The notes under the pieces were generated by a model, which was given only the letters and a program-made list of their open reading frames with translations, was not told where the DNA came from and ran no database searches. This document shows, in pieces, positions 30,750 through 42,896 of a stretch of DNA of 64,000 bases. A program made the position numbers and the translations under genes. The DNA comes from Williopsis jadinii (lineage: Eukaryota), in assembly GCA_024346625.1 (NCBI GenBank), contig AP024667.1:1178001-1242000 (forward strand), written 5' to 3'. Position 1 is the first letter of the stretch; each line of letters begins with the position of its first letter.

Positions 30750-33700
30750 CTAGACAGAAACAGATGTAGAGCTTTCGCCTTTAAGAGCATACTCCTCGCC
30801 AGCTTTTGGTCTATCACTAAGAGTCTGCTTAGGAGCCTCATCTTTCACTCTGCTGCTCTTCTTTGGAACTCTAGCCCACCAGTACAGAACAATGGATGCG
30901 GCAACGTTGAAGCCTAAATAGGCACAAAAGATACCAAGATTTCTCCACTTCTGATTATAGTTCACTTCATTCAAAGATAACCAGTCGTTAGTACTCGACA
31001 ACGGACAGAACTCACACTCGGATCTTGAATCAGGGTCCCTTATATAACCACTTCCTGCTGCTGCGATGTAATCTGCAAAATAAGCCTCACATGTGGTATT
31101 ATTTGGAGGAGTAACAACCCTGTATTCATCAGCAGAACATGTAACATTAGCATTGGAAATAGCGTTGGAGAGATATCCTGAGACGAAGTATGTCATTGGA
31201 GAAACCCTATACATGAAAATCCAGAATCCAGGGAGGGCACTTGGAGTGACCAGAACACCACAGAAGGTCAAACAAAGGGTAAAGAACAAATATGCTAATG
31301 TACCAGCCATATCAGCAAGCTCAATTGGGGCAATTACCATGTGTGCCATAGTACCGATGTAAACGAAAAATATGACACAGAATAACCATGCATAAGCACC
31401 TCTTTCATGTACTTCTTGGGAGCCCCCACCTTGAGCATTATGGTAGAAGCCTGCAGGATAATACCAACATAAGAAAGCTAGTGTACCAATCAGTGCATTC
31501 CAAGGAACCTCAGAAACAATCTGTGAAAGGACAAACGCCTTCCAAGTAAAAGTCTTTGATGGCCGTTCTCTCATTTCATAAAGATCTCTGGAGTCAACGT
31601 ATGTCGGTAGCATCTGCTGCAACAGTGGATTGAAGATTGTTATGAACATAAAGATGGAAAACATCTGGTTCTGAAGACCTTGGATTGTGTTATTGGCATT
31701 GAAGAACACAAATCCAATGAAAATTGAAGGTGTGATGGACAAGAACATCTTCGACCAGATATATGTTGGTGTTCTCCAGGTTTGCTGGAACACTCTTTGC
31801 GTTACAAGCAAAAACTGTCTGTAGAACGGTGCTGCAAACTCTCGGTGGTCAATTGTTTCATCTACTGGCAGTTTAGCAAGTTCTTTCTCCATAGAATCTA
31901 ACTCTCTCAACACATTTTGACGCTCATCAGATTCTAACCAGACTTGGTGATAGTCCTGGTTTGCATGAGAACCAGGAGCTGCACCAATAACATGAAGCAT
32001 CCACTCTGCTGGATTAGCCTCTGGTGGACACTTTGGCGAGCCATGGCTCTCAAAGTAATCAATAAGGGTTTGACAGTTCTTTCCGAGGTCACCAAAGTAT
32101 ACTGTACGCCCGCCTTTTGCCAAGAATAGAAGTCTATCAAACTCATGCATCAAGATAGCAGAAGGCTGATGAATGGTACACAAGATAGCTTGGCCGTGAT
32201 TGGCAAGCTTTCTCATCAATTGACAGATGGACCAAGCAGTTTGAGAATCCAAACCAGATGTTGGCTCATCAAGGAAAAGTAACAACTTGGGCTTTGCAGC
32301 AAGCTCAACACCAATGTTCAATCTCTTTCTCTGTTCAACATTCAAACCCTCACCAGCAACACCAACAACGGCATCAGCGTACTTCTGCATATCCAAGATC
32401 TTGATAACTTCCTCGACGTAATCATCCTTTTCTTTCTTCGAGACAGAAGAAGGTTGTCTCAAATAAGCAGAAAACCTCAAAGCTTCACGTACTGTTGCAG
32501 TACTTAAGTGCAAATCTTGCTGCTGGACATAACCGGTGGATCTTTGGAAAGAAGAATCTCTCAGTTTGCCATTAACAAACATACTACCTGTGACAACACC
32601 CATAGTGACACGATTGGCAAGAACATCCAACAAAGTGGTCTTACCAGCACCGGAGGCACCCATCAGCGCAGTCAACGTACCAGGCTTAACCCAACCGTCA
32701 ACACCCGAAAGAATCTCACGCTCTTCAGATTTAATCTTTATAGTGTAATGAACATCTCTCCAGTGGAAGATGTCCTTGCCAGACTCTAATGCATCAACTT
32801 TAACCTCCTCCTCCTCCGGTTGTTGTGTAATATCACGTTCTTTACCAGATTCCAAATCATTGAGTGCCTTATCCTTCTTTATGCGTCTCAGAGTGGACCA
32901 TTGGAACAATAAAACCTCACCTTTCTGCTTTGCAGATTCGTTATATTCCGAGAATACCATATAAACGACCAAGAAAACAACGAGGAACGCAATTAGAATA
33001 CCAACATTTCTCCACTTGTGTGAATTTGAGTAGTCATAAGCCAATTGGATGTAGACGCTACCACTTACAGTTGTTTGACCAGAAGTAGCGCCAACTGCAT
33101 TGCAAATCCAGGACTCTGGTGGTAAATTAGGAAACTCTTCCGGACTTCCAGGTATATAGGAACTGCATTGGAATTCACGGTTGCTGAATTCATTTGCCAT
33201 CAATGATTCAAACGAATAAGCCAAAGGGTTTAGATAATTGATCCATCTACACCATCCAAGCATATATGTTGTTGGAATGGTGAACCCAAGGAACATCACG
33301 AGGGCAAGTAAAATAATATGCGCTGGCACTAAGGCCTGGGCAAGTGTTGAAGACATGGAACCAATCAATCTGAAAGCATGTGACATGGTAAAAGTACTCA
33401 AGATATTAACAAACAAGTAGAAGAAAAACCGACCTGGATTTCTTCTGAAGTTCACCATGAAGTAAAAAATTAAATTGAAACACAAGGCAGTGAGTAACTT
33501 GAAAGGAGTCTGAGATATAACAGATGCCAGGGCATCAGCAGAAGGATGGTAAAGTGCAAACTGCTTATGCTTTTCGATAATTGGTCTAGCTTCGAAAAGA
33601 GACATGATTTCCAAGAAAGAAGCAAAACTGTTGAACAAGACGGCCATAAACATAGCAGCACCTCTGTAGTAAAAGGAAGCAGTATCATCTTGTAAGTTGT

Positions 33701-35282
33701 AGAAGATAGAACAAAGCACCAAAGCCATTAAAGAATTGGAGAGCACAGAGAAAGCATGGAAAAAGATATCGTTTCTTATTCTCTGGAATTCACGAGTCAA
33801 CAAATATCTAACTTGCATTGGGAAAGAAACCGTATATGAAGACGATTTTCTCATATGCTTAGACTGTCTCGAGTGCTTTGCAGAGAGAATAGCATCTTTG
33901 GTAGTAAGTGAGTGGGCTTGTTCTAAGCTCTGGTCAACTTCCCTCATCAAGGTTGCATATTCAGGCGAAGCTTTCCAGTACTTCTCAAAGTCCTTTGCTG
34001 TTTTAGGTACTTCATCTTCATATCCTTTTCTAGCAACACGTTCCCTCGGAGAGGTAACGGATGTTAAGAAATCAGCAGTGGTTTGACGTTGCGGACAATC
34101 CCATCCCATGTTGATAAAATACCTTCTAGCCTCATCTGCTCTTCCGAAGTAGATTTGATGACCATCATACAGTACAGAAACCTTATCAAACAAGTCGTAA
34201 GCATCCTGGGAACACTGGTAAATGGCAATCAGTGCTGTTGTATCCAAGACATCGGCCGATGTCCTCAAGGCTCTAATGAACTCCAATGCTGTAGCTGCAT
34301 CCAGTCCTCTTGTAGCATTATCCCAGCATTGCAATTTTGCACCAGCAAGTGACACCTCTGCAATGGAAACCCTTTTACGTTCACCACCAGAGACACCACG
34401 GACCAACGCAGACCCAACCTTGGTATTCTTTGTATGAGACAATCCATAGGTAGACATATAGACCTTGGTCAATGCTGCAGAATAGTCCTCTCTAGAAACA
34501 CCTGGGATTCTATTTTGGGGCGTTCTAAACTTTGCAACCGTATACAGGGTCTGCCAAACGGTTAAGTGAGGGAAATGGATGTCAGCTTCGGCGTTGTACA
34601 CGATTTCACCTCTGAAATTGTTTTGGACCTCCTTTGGGGTCAGTCCATCATAGGATATCTGTGATTCAGGCGCAATATCAAATCCATGAGTGTTGGAAGC
34701 AATAGTCTTAAGCAAAGTGGTACAACCAGAACCAGGTCTACCCAGGACAACGACAACCTCACCAGGTTTGATAATACCGTCCATGGACTTGAGGATATCG
34801 AATTGAGCTCGGTCTTTAGCGGCCCCAGTTCTCAAAAACCTCTTATAGAATCCAGTGACCATCTTTAGAGGTGAGTTTATGACATTATTCTGATAATCAG
34901 CGTCGGTAGCTTCGCCAGAGGCCCTCAGGTTCTTGAAAGTGATACCTAGCGAGTAATTGTTGTAGTGTTCTGGATCTTTATCCATAAGAGCTTTAAAGTT
35001 CTTGATCCAGTACGGGGAAGAGAACTCTTCACTGTTCGGATCCAACCTTGGATCCAGCAGCTCAACATCCACCATCGGATTCACACCAGGAGCAATAGTC
35101 GATACTCTGGATAGCCCATCAGGTTCTTCAGCAACATCAACTTTATTGGACTCCCCACCGAGGGAGAGATTAGTCCATTGTCTTGCCAGATCCTGTACCT
35201 CGTTCCGGATCCCTTCATCAAAGCCATGGTACGAGCCGCTTTCTTCATCGGACGTGTCCAACCTTTTATCGTAAGACATCAT
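30750..35282 (-). CDS. Full-size PDR-family (ABCG) multidrug transporter, Pdr5/Cdr1-like, copy A
   Basis: NBD1 GRPGSGCTT, VSGGERKRVSIAE, CWDNATRGLD; NBD2 GASGAGKTT, LNVEQRKRL, LDEPTSGLD; two TMDs. Confidence 0.95.
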   Translation of the reverse strand: MMSYDKRLDTSDEESGSYHGFDEGIRNEVQDLARQWTNLSLGGESNKVDVAEEPDGLSRVSTIAPGVNPMVDVELLDPRLDPNSEEFSSPYWIKNFKALMDKDPEHYNNYSLGITFKNLRASGEATDADYQNNVINSPLKMVTGFYKRFLRTGAAKDRAQFDILKSMDGIIKPGEVVVVLGRPGSGCTTLLKTIASNTHGFDIAPESQISYDGLTPKEVQNNFRGEIVYNAEADIHFPHLTVWQTLYTVAKFRTPQNRIPGVSREDYSAALTKVYMSTYGLSHTKNTKVGSALVRGVSGGERKRVSIAEVSLAGAKLQCWDNATRGLDAATALEFIRALRTSADVLDTTALIAIYQCSQDAYDLFDKVSVLYDGHQIYFGRADEARRYFINMGWDCPQRQTTADFLTSVTSPRERVARKGYEDEVPKTAKDFEKYWKASPEYATLMREVDQSLEQAHSLTTKDAILSAKHSRQSKHMRKSSSYTVSFPMQVRYLLTREFQRIRNDIFFHAFSVLSNSLMALVLCSIFYNLQDDTASFYYRGAAMFMAVLFNSFASFLEIMSLFEARPIIEKHKQFALYHPSADALASVISQTPFKLLTALCFNLIFYFMVNFRRNPGRFFFYLFVNILSTFTMSHAFRLIGSMSSTLAQALVPAHIILLALVMFLGFTIPTTYMLGWCRWINYLNPLAYSFESLMANEFSNREFQCSSYIPGSPEEFPNLPPESWICNAVGATSGQTTVSGSVYIQLAYDYSNSHKWRNVGILIAFLVVFLVVYMVFSEYNESAKQKGEVLLFQWSTLRRIKKDKALNDLESGKERDITQQPEEEEVKVDALESGKDIFHWRDVHYTIKIKSEEREILSGVDGWVKPGTLTALMGASGAGKTTLLDVLANRVTMGVVTGSMFVNGKLRDSSFQRSTGYVQQQDLHLSTATVREALRFSAYLRQPSSVSKKEKDDYVEEVIKILDMQKYADAVVGVAGEGLNVEQRKRLNIGVELAAKPKLLLFLDEPTSGLDSQTAWSICQLMRKLANHGQAILCTIHQPSAILMHEFDRLLFLAKGGRTVYFGDLGKNCQTLIDYFESHGSPKCPPEANPAEWMLHVIGAAPGSHANQDYHQVWLESDERQNVLRELDSMEKELAKLPVDETIDHREFAAPFYRQFLLVTQRVFQQTWRTPTYIWSKMFLSITPSIFIGFVFFNANNTIQGLQNQMFSIFMFITIFNPLLQQMLPTYVDSRDLYEMRERPSKTFTWKAFVLSQIVSEVPWNALIGTLAFLCWYYPAGFYHNAQGGGSQEVHERGAYAWLFCVIFFVYIGTMAHMVIAPIELADMAGTLAYLFFTLCLTFCGVLVTPSALPGFWIFMYRVSPMTYFVSGYLSNAISNANVTCSADEYRVVTPPNNTTCEAYFADYIAAAGSGYIRDPDSRSECEFCPLSSTNDWLSLNEVNYNQKWRNLGIFCAYLGFNVAASIVLYWWARVPKKSSRVKDEAPKQTLSDRPKAGEEYALKGESSTSVSV

Positions 35283-36441
35283 TGCAAACTCCCCTGTTTA
35301 CCTTGAATGAGTACGAGGCAGAAGAAAAGAGTAGGCCAAAAAAGAGGCGCAGGAGACAGATATATACTAAAAACAGAATATGATTTGACTTATGAACCAG
35401 TTTTGAACAGGTGGCGGAACAACTAAGCCCTTATGGGTTTGTTGTGGTTCGTATTTTACATGTTTTGTCATCATAAATTGCTCAGCCAATGAGAGCGGCC
35501 CCACCAGACGCAAGGATTCTCGGCCACGGGGTTCGGCCGTCGGACTCTCGGTCTTTTACCAAATCCGGAAGTCAGGACCTTTTATATGCGGCTGAAAACA
35601 CCGACCAAGTAAAGTCCGCCTTTCGGTTTCCATGGCTACTGAAGCCCAATTCTCAATTTCAAAGGCTGGTGTTGTGACTCTGCTGGGAGCACTAGAGGAA
35701 GAAGTAAGAATGGAAGCTTGATGAACAGGATCCGAGATGTATCAAGAGCCCACTTTAAGTTTTCTCCAGTTGGAGAGTCAAGAGCTTTGTTGCGATGCGT
35801 ATATGTTAAGCTGTAGAAAGTTGCTTTTTTTTGAATATATACGCCCAGCACTTTATGACCCACTTATAGGTTGGGAAGGAGGATAAGACGCCAAAGATGT
35901 GTTCTGAGTGCCACCTGACTGTATTTTACTTCAACTGGATTCATCATTATTTGCACTGGAAGGGTTTGAATACGCGCAAAAAGCGTGCATAAGCGAACAC
36001 CCACTACACATGGTGATACCCACGAGCCCATAACCCCAGTTCATCGAAATCAGCAGAGATTTATATTTATTTCATGAATACCAATTGGTTTTGGAAGGGA
36101 CCAAGAAGCATATTCCTCATATTTTCATAAATTCGAACACAGCGAGAATAGAATCTTGCTGGGCATGTGTACTGTTTCCAAAATACTCTTAATATGCAAG
36201 CATCAGTCCGCTTAGCCACCCCTGACAGAATTGATCTCTATTCTGGAACTATATTGTGCGATCCGCAGTCGCTTGTAAGAATCCACGTCTCGATATAACA
36301 TAGATCTTAGCACATATTCAATGGCCAAAAAAGAGGAGCTACTATTACAAAACAACTACCATAAGACAAGATGATATTTAAGCTTTAATAAAGGTATAAG
36401 ATTTGAAGTAGAAAAATAAGGAAGAGATTCTTCAGGGTATT

Positions 36442-39400
36442 TTAGGAACTCTTCTCCTTCTGTGTTGAAGGTTTAGAAGACGCTTGCTCTTTCACCCTAC
36501 CACTCTTCTTTGGAACCCTTGCCAACCAGTAGAGGAAAATGGCAGCAACAACATTGAAAATCATATAGACCCACAAGAGACCCAAATTCCTCCATTTTTC
36601 ACCATATGAGATACCGACAGAGTGTAGCCAGTCATCTGTACTACTCAGAGGACAGAATTGACATTGATCAGCGGCATTTGGGTTAATAAGATAACCAGTT
36701 CCGGCAGCTTCGATGTAGGACTCAAAATACTCACCACAGCTGGAGACACCAGGTGGTGGAGTAACAACTCTGTACTCGTTCTCAGCACAGATAACATCGG
36801 CATGTGCAACTGCATTAGCCAGGTATCCAGAGACAAAATATGTCATTGGTGATACCCTATACATGAAGATCCAGAAACCAGGTAAAATATCTGGACTCAC
36901 CATAACACCACAGAAGGTAATACATAAGGTGAAAAACAGATAAGCAATTGTACCAGCCATATCTTCGAGACGAATTGGAGCAATACACATATGTGCCATC
37001 GTACCAATATAGACAAAGAACATCACACAGAAGAACCAAGCATATGCACCTCTTTGGTTCACTTCAGCAGTACTATGAGAGTTATGGTAGAAACCAGCAG
37101 GGTAGTACCAGCAGAAGAAAGCAATGGTTCCAATCAATGCATTCCAAGGAATTTCAGAAACAATTTCAGAAAGCATAAAGGCCTTCCAAGAAAAGGTCTT
37201 TGAAGGACGTTCTCTCATCTCGTAAAGATCTCTAGCTGCCACATACGTTGGCAACATCTGTTGTAGAAGTGGGTTGAAGATAGTGATGAACATAAGAACA
37301 GAGAACATTTGGTTTTGAAGACCTTGCATAGTTGCATTGGCATTGAAGAAGACAAAGCCAATGTAAATAGAAGGAATGATGGAGAGACACAGCTTGGACC
37401 AGATATAAGATGGAGTTCTAAAAGTTTGTTGGAAAACTCTTTCTGTAACAAGCCAGAACTGCTTATAGAATGGAGCTGCAAACTCATCATTACCTATGGA
37501 CTCATCCTTTGGGAGTTTCACCAATTCCTTCTCCATATGATCTAGTTCTGCCAGAACAGCTTTACGTTCATCAGATTCTAACCAAACTTGGTGATAGTCC
37601 TGGTTTGCATGAGAACCAGGAGCAGCACCAATAACATGAAGCATCCACTCTGCTGGATTAGCCTCTGGTGGACACTTTGGCGAGCCATGGCTCTCAAAGT
37701 AATCAATAAGGGTTTGACAGTTCTTACCGAGGTCACCAAAGTAGATCGTACGACCACCTCTAGCCAAGAAGAGAAGTCTGTCAAACTCTTGCATCAATAT
37801 AGCAGAAGGCTGATGAATAGTACACAAGATAGCTTGACCATGATTGGCGAGCTTTCTCATCAATTGACAGATGGACCAAGCAGTTTGGGAATCTAAACCA
37901 GATGTTGGTTCATCGAAGAACAACAGAAGCTTTGGCTTAGCAGCAAGCTCAACACCAATGGTCAATCTCTTTCTCTGTTCAACATTCAAACCCTCACCAG
38001 CAACACCAACAACAGCATCAGCATACTTCTGCATATCCAAGATCTTGATAACTTCCTCGACGTAATCATCCTTTTCTTTCTTCGAGACAGAAGAAGGTTG
38101 TCTCAAATAAGCAGAGAACCTCAAAGCTTCACGTACTGTTGCAGTATCCAAATGCAAATCTTGCTGTTGAACATAACCGGTGGATCTTTGGAAAGAGGAA
38201 TCTCTCAAGTGACCATTGACAAACATGTTACCTGTGACAACACCCATAGTGACACGACTGGCAAGAACATCCAACAAAGTGGTCTTACCAGCACCGGAGG
38301 CACCCATCAGCGCAGTCAACGTACCAGGCTTAACCCAACCATCAACACCAGCTAAAATCTCTCTCTCCTCTGTCTTGATTTTCACAGTGTAATGGACGTC
38401 TCTCCAATGAAAGATATCCTTACCAGCTTGCAGTGCTTCGACGTTAACATCATCACCTTCATCATTCTGTTCAGTTACATCACGTTCCTTACCTGCCTCG
38501 AGATCATTTGAAGCTTTATCCTTTTTGATCTTTCTAAGAGTAGACCATTGAAACAGCAAGACTTCACCCTTTTGTTTCGCAGATTCGTTAAACTCAGCAA
38601 AGAGCATATAGACAGCCAACAAAACAACAAGGAAAGCGATCAAGATACCAACATTTCTCCACTTATGACCATTGGAGTAGTCATATGACAAGCTCAAATA
38701 GGCATCACCACTAACAGAGTATTCACCAGCAACTGCACCAACAGCATCACACACCCAAGCAGTAGAAGGCCATTCTGGGTGTTCATTAGGATTACCAGGA
38801 ATGAACTGTGTGCAGTCAAATTCTCGATCGTGGAATTCATTGGCCATCAACGCTTCAAAAGTATAAGCCAACGGATTCAAATAGTTCATCCATCTACACC
38901 AGCCAAGCATATATGGTGTTGGAAGAGTGAAACCAAGGAACATAACCAACCCAAGCAAAATGATGTGAGCGGGAACCAACGCCTGAGCCAAACTATTTGA
39001 CATAGAACCGATCAATCTGAAAGCGTGAGACATGGTAAATGTGGCCAGGATGTTCACGAAGAAGTAGAAGAAGAAACGACCAGGATCTCTTCTCAAATTG
39101 ACCATAAAATAGAACACCAAGTTAAAGAACAGAGCTGTTATCATTTTGAACGGAGTCTGGGATATGACAGATGCCAGGGCATCTGCAGCAGGATGGTACA
39201 GTGCAAATTGCTTATGCTTTTCGATAATTGGTCTTGCCTCGAAAAGAGACATGATTTCCAAGAAAGAAGCAAAACTGTTGAACAAGACGGCCAAAAACAT
39301 AGCAGCACCTCTGTAGTAAAAGGAAGCAGTATCATTTTGCAAGTTGTAGAAGATAGATGATAAGACGAGGGACATAAGAGAATTGGACAGCACAGAGAAA

Positions 39401-40929
39401 GCGTGGAAGAAGATATCGTTTCTGATTCTCTGGAATTCACGAGTCAACAGATATCTAACTTGCATTGGGAAAGAAACAGTGAAAGGAGAGGACTTTCTCA
39501 TGTTCTTAGACTGTCTAGCATGCTTAGCGGAGAGGATAACATCTTTGGTAGAGCTCTGAGAGGTTTGGTGCAAATTTGCATCAATCTCCTTCATTAATTC
39601 TGCATACTCTGGAGATGCTTTCCAATAGGCTTCAAACTCTTTACCGGTCTTAGGAACTTTGCTTTCATATCCTTTTCTGGCAACACGTTCCCTTGGGGAG
39701 GTAACAGAAGTCAAGAAGTCGGCAGTGGTTTGACGTTGTGGACAATCCCAACCCATCTTGATGAAATATTCTCTTGCCTTGTCACCTCTTCCAAAGTAGA
39801 TCTGGTAACCTTCATACAAGACCGAGACTTTATCAAACAAGTCATAAGCTTCTTGAGAACATTGGTAGATGGCAATCAATGCTGTTGTATCCAAGACATC
39901 TGCAGATGTTCTCAAGGCTCTAATGAACTCCAATGCTGTAGCTGCATCCAAACCTCTTGTGGCATTATCCCAACATTGTAGCTTAGAACCGGCCAGTGAC
40001 ACCTCAGCAATAGAAACTCTCTTTCTCTCACCACCGGAAACACCACGAACCAATTCAGAACCGACTCTGGTGTTCTTAGTATGGGTCAAACCATATGTAG
40101 CCATGTAAACCTTCGTCAATGCAGCTGCAAACTCTTCTCTCGAAACACCCGGGATTCTGTTTTCAGGAGTTCTGAACTTTGCAGCGGTATACAATGTTTG
40201 CCAAACGGTCAAATGAGGGAAATGGATATCAGCTTCTGCGTTGTAAACAATCTCACCTCTAAAACTCTTGACAACCTCTTGCGGTGTCAATCCATCATAA
40301 GTGATCTCTGACTCTGGTGCGATGTCAAAACCGTGGGTATTGGATGCAATTGTCTTAAGCAAAGTGGTACAACCAGAACCAGGTCTACCCAGGACAACGA
40401 CAACCTCACCAGGTTTGATAATACCATCCATAGACTTGAGAATATCGAATTGAACTTTCTCCTTTGCTGAGCTTGTTCTGAAATACTTCTTGTAGAGACC
40501 ACCGAACAGCTTGGCTGGAGCATTGACAACGTTGGACTGGTAATCTGCGTCTGTAGCCTCACCGTATGCTCTTAGGTTTTTATATGTGATACCTAAGGAA
40601 TAATTGTTGTAGTGCTCGGGATCCTTATCCATAAGAGCCCTAAAGTTCTTGATCCAATAACGGGAAGAAAATTCACTGCTGTTTGGATCCAATCTAGGAT
40701 CTAATTGCTCAAGACCGGTAATTGGATCAACACCAGGAGCGACAGTAGAAACTCTTGATAGCAAATCACTGTCCGCCTTGTTCTGGCATGATGAGCTATA
40801 AGATTTGTTTGTGAGTATTCTGGCAAGGTCTTGCACTTGTTCTTGAACGTCTGCATCGAAACCTCTGTAAGTGTTGACACCATCGTTGGTGTCAATACTG
40901 TCTTCAGAAGATTTCTCAGTACTTGACAT
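36442..40929 (-). CDS. Full-size PDR-family (ABCG) multidrug transporter, Pdr5/Cdr1-like, copy B (tandem paralog)
   Basis: Same motif set as copy A and collinear with it; 1495 aa. Confidence 0.95.
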   Translation of the reverse strand: MSSTEKSSEDSIDTNDGVNTYRGFDADVQEQVQDLARILTNKSYSSSCQNKADSDLLSRVSTVAPGVDPITGLEQLDPRLDPNSSEFSSRYWIKNFRALMDKDPEHYNNYSLGITYKNLRAYGEATDADYQSNVVNAPAKLFGGLYKKYFRTSSAKEKVQFDILKSMDGIIKPGEVVVVLGRPGSGCTTLLKTIASNTHGFDIAPESEITYDGLTPQEVVKSFRGEIVYNAEADIHFPHLTVWQTLYTAAKFRTPENRIPGVSREEFAAALTKVYMATYGLTHTKNTRVGSELVRGVSGGERKRVSIAEVSLAGSKLQCWDNATRGLDAATALEFIRALRTSADVLDTTALIAIYQCSQEAYDLFDKVSVLYEGYQIYFGRGDKAREYFIKMGWDCPQRQTTADFLTSVTSPRERVARKGYESKVPKTGKEFEAYWKASPEYAELMKEIDANLHQTSQSSTKDVILSAKHARQSKNMRKSSPFTVSFPMQVRYLLTREFQRIRNDIFFHAFSVLSNSLMSLVLSSIFYNLQNDTASFYYRGAAMFLAVLFNSFASFLEIMSLFEARPIIEKHKQFALYHPAADALASVISQTPFKMITALFFNLVFYFMVNLRRDPGRFFFYFFVNILATFTMSHAFRLIGSMSNSLAQALVPAHIILLGLVMFLGFTLPTPYMLGWCRWMNYLNPLAYTFEALMANEFHDREFDCTQFIPGNPNEHPEWPSTAWVCDAVGAVAGEYSVSGDAYLSLSYDYSNGHKWRNVGILIAFLVVLLAVYMLFAEFNESAKQKGEVLLFQWSTLRKIKKDKASNDLEAGKERDVTEQNDEGDDVNVEALQAGKDIFHWRDVHYTVKIKTEEREILAGVDGWVKPGTLTALMGASGAGKTTLLDVLASRVTMGVVTGNMFVNGHLRDSSFQRSTGYVQQQDLHLDTATVREALRFSAYLRQPSSVSKKEKDDYVEEVIKILDMQKYADAVVGVAGEGLNVEQRKRLTIGVELAAKPKLLLFFDEPTSGLDSQTAWSICQLMRKLANHGQAILCTIHQPSAILMQEFDRLLFLARGGRTIYFGDLGKNCQTLIDYFESHGSPKCPPEANPAEWMLHVIGAAPGSHANQDYHQVWLESDERKAVLAELDHMEKELVKLPKDESIGNDEFAAPFYKQFWLVTERVFQQTFRTPSYIWSKLCLSIIPSIYIGFVFFNANATMQGLQNQMFSVLMFITIFNPLLQQMLPTYVAARDLYEMRERPSKTFSWKAFMLSEIVSEIPWNALIGTIAFFCWYYPAGFYHNSHSTAEVNQRGAYAWFFCVMFFVYIGTMAHMCIAPIRLEDMAGTIAYLFFTLCITFCGVMVSPDILPGFWIFMYRVSPMTYFVSGYLANAVAHADVICAENEYRVVTPPPGVSSCGEYFESYIEAAGTGYLINPNAADQCQFCPLSSTDDWLHSVGISYGEKWRNLGLLWVYMIFNVVAAIFLYWLARVPKKSGRVKEQASSKPSTQKEKSS

Positions 40930-42896
40930 TTCTTTCCTCGACTGGTTTATAGAAGAGCGCTACAATCACGATACCGAAAAAAAAAACTTGTTTTTCCAAT
41001 TACATTTAGTTCTTTATATAAAGTGAGCAAGGTCCACGGCCCACGGCTAGTTCATCTCTTTAATCATCTGTGTGTAAGGTGATGATACCCGACGTTGTTT
41101 AGATTTTACTCTTCTAAATGTATTCGCCAGTTCGCCCAATAATAACATGTAGGATTTAATGTCGGTGATATGCACGCTGTATCTTCTTTAAAACCGTAAA
41201 ACCCGAGCTCTGTCCGCGCTCTGCCCGCGCTGTGTCCGAATTGAGACGAGCCTCTAGATTGATCAATTCAATGGGAAAGAACAATAGTTGTGGTTATTTA
41301 ATATATCATGATATCAGCTTAGTGTTCCTTAAATCACCTTGTGTCTAATCTGCTTCAATCATTTTAGAGCCCATAAATGATAGAAAGAGAGAGAACATTT
41401 GCCACGGCGTAGACGGCATCATGAATCATGAAGAACTACGTATTAATAACACACACACGCATACAAAAAATCACTGTAAACTTTCAGTGGTTGTTCATTT
41501 TGATAAAATTTTGTTCCTCTGCTTTCGTATAACCAAAAAATAATAGTTCCAGACCTTTTGAACGCCAAGGATAGGATGGTAGTTGAGTTCATCTCAAACG
41601 TACATTGAAATTACAGCTATGCTTTGTTTACACTGTAAAGGGAATTTGAAAACATCGACTTCCAGCAAGCAAATTTGATGTTGGATTCTGATTACGTAAA
41701 ACATAGAAACTGTGTACTTAGCGGGAACTTGGAGGATCAAAGGTATTCGAAGGGTCCAGTTGATTTTTTCGATTCAAGATGTTCTACCAAGCAAGAAGGG
41801 CCATTAAAACGGAATGATCTAAGCATCCGTATGTCAACTCATTACCAGATCTCGTCAAAGAGCAACATAAGAAAAGAGTTTTAAAGCTACAGTTAGATGT
41901 CAAGCCGGGGTCCCCTTCAGCTCTCAAAATATCTGGAACGGAAGTCTTCGGAATATCTGGCCATCCGAACTTGCTGGTGAAAAAAGACTATCAAGCGGAC
42001 AGATAAAAGACCCGTTTCATGCCATGCGAAGGGAATACCAGGTACAAGTAAGGAATTACCATAAAAAATTATACTCCAGTCCTGTTGAACCATGTATATA
42101 TTAAAAAGAATGAGGGGTCCAGATCCGATGGAGTTGCGGAAAAAAGGGAATACCCATTAGTCAAAAGTCTACTCCGTTCTCAAATAAATGTTGAGATGTC
42201 AGCCTTTCAGTTCATGACGTCTCATAGCAGTGGGTTTACAAATATCCCCTCCTCCTTCGTGATACCGTACTTCGCCGTACTTCGATCATATTACTGGTTT
42301 ATTTTTGCACTCCAATAAAATGAATACCGCCAATAATTGAAAAAAATTCTTCCACACAGCTTGATGAGCCTGGATTCTCAACGATTCTTCCGTTGGCGAA
42401 CCGAAAACCTACTTTCTGGACCCTATTCAAACGTATTTGAAGATAATAAATACATGGCCACATCAATGTCACCATGCAGCGAAAATCTCTGTGACTTTGA
42501 GATTGCTCGTAGGATAAAAGCACCCGCAACAATTAACAACTAAGGGCATACAGAATTGATCACTTCAAACAACAGAATTGGATTGGAATAAACACCACCG
42601 GAACAGCGTAACCTGGATAAGTATTGATATAGACGCTATACATATATCTTGGAAGCTCCCTTAAACCCGTCAACTTCCCATACATTGTGCAAACACTGGT
42701 AACTTATTTCAGTTAAGCGCACTCTTTAAGTCCACTATTTCCCACTATGGCTAGTTTCAAGACATTGAGATCATCCTGTCAAGCCAAGTACCAATGCCTC
42801 GAGTATAAGCATATATAAAAGAGTCCATTCCCTTCTATTAGTGTAGCTCGATGTAGGAGAGAACCTTCTCGACCCTGATAAATAATTTCGTAAACA

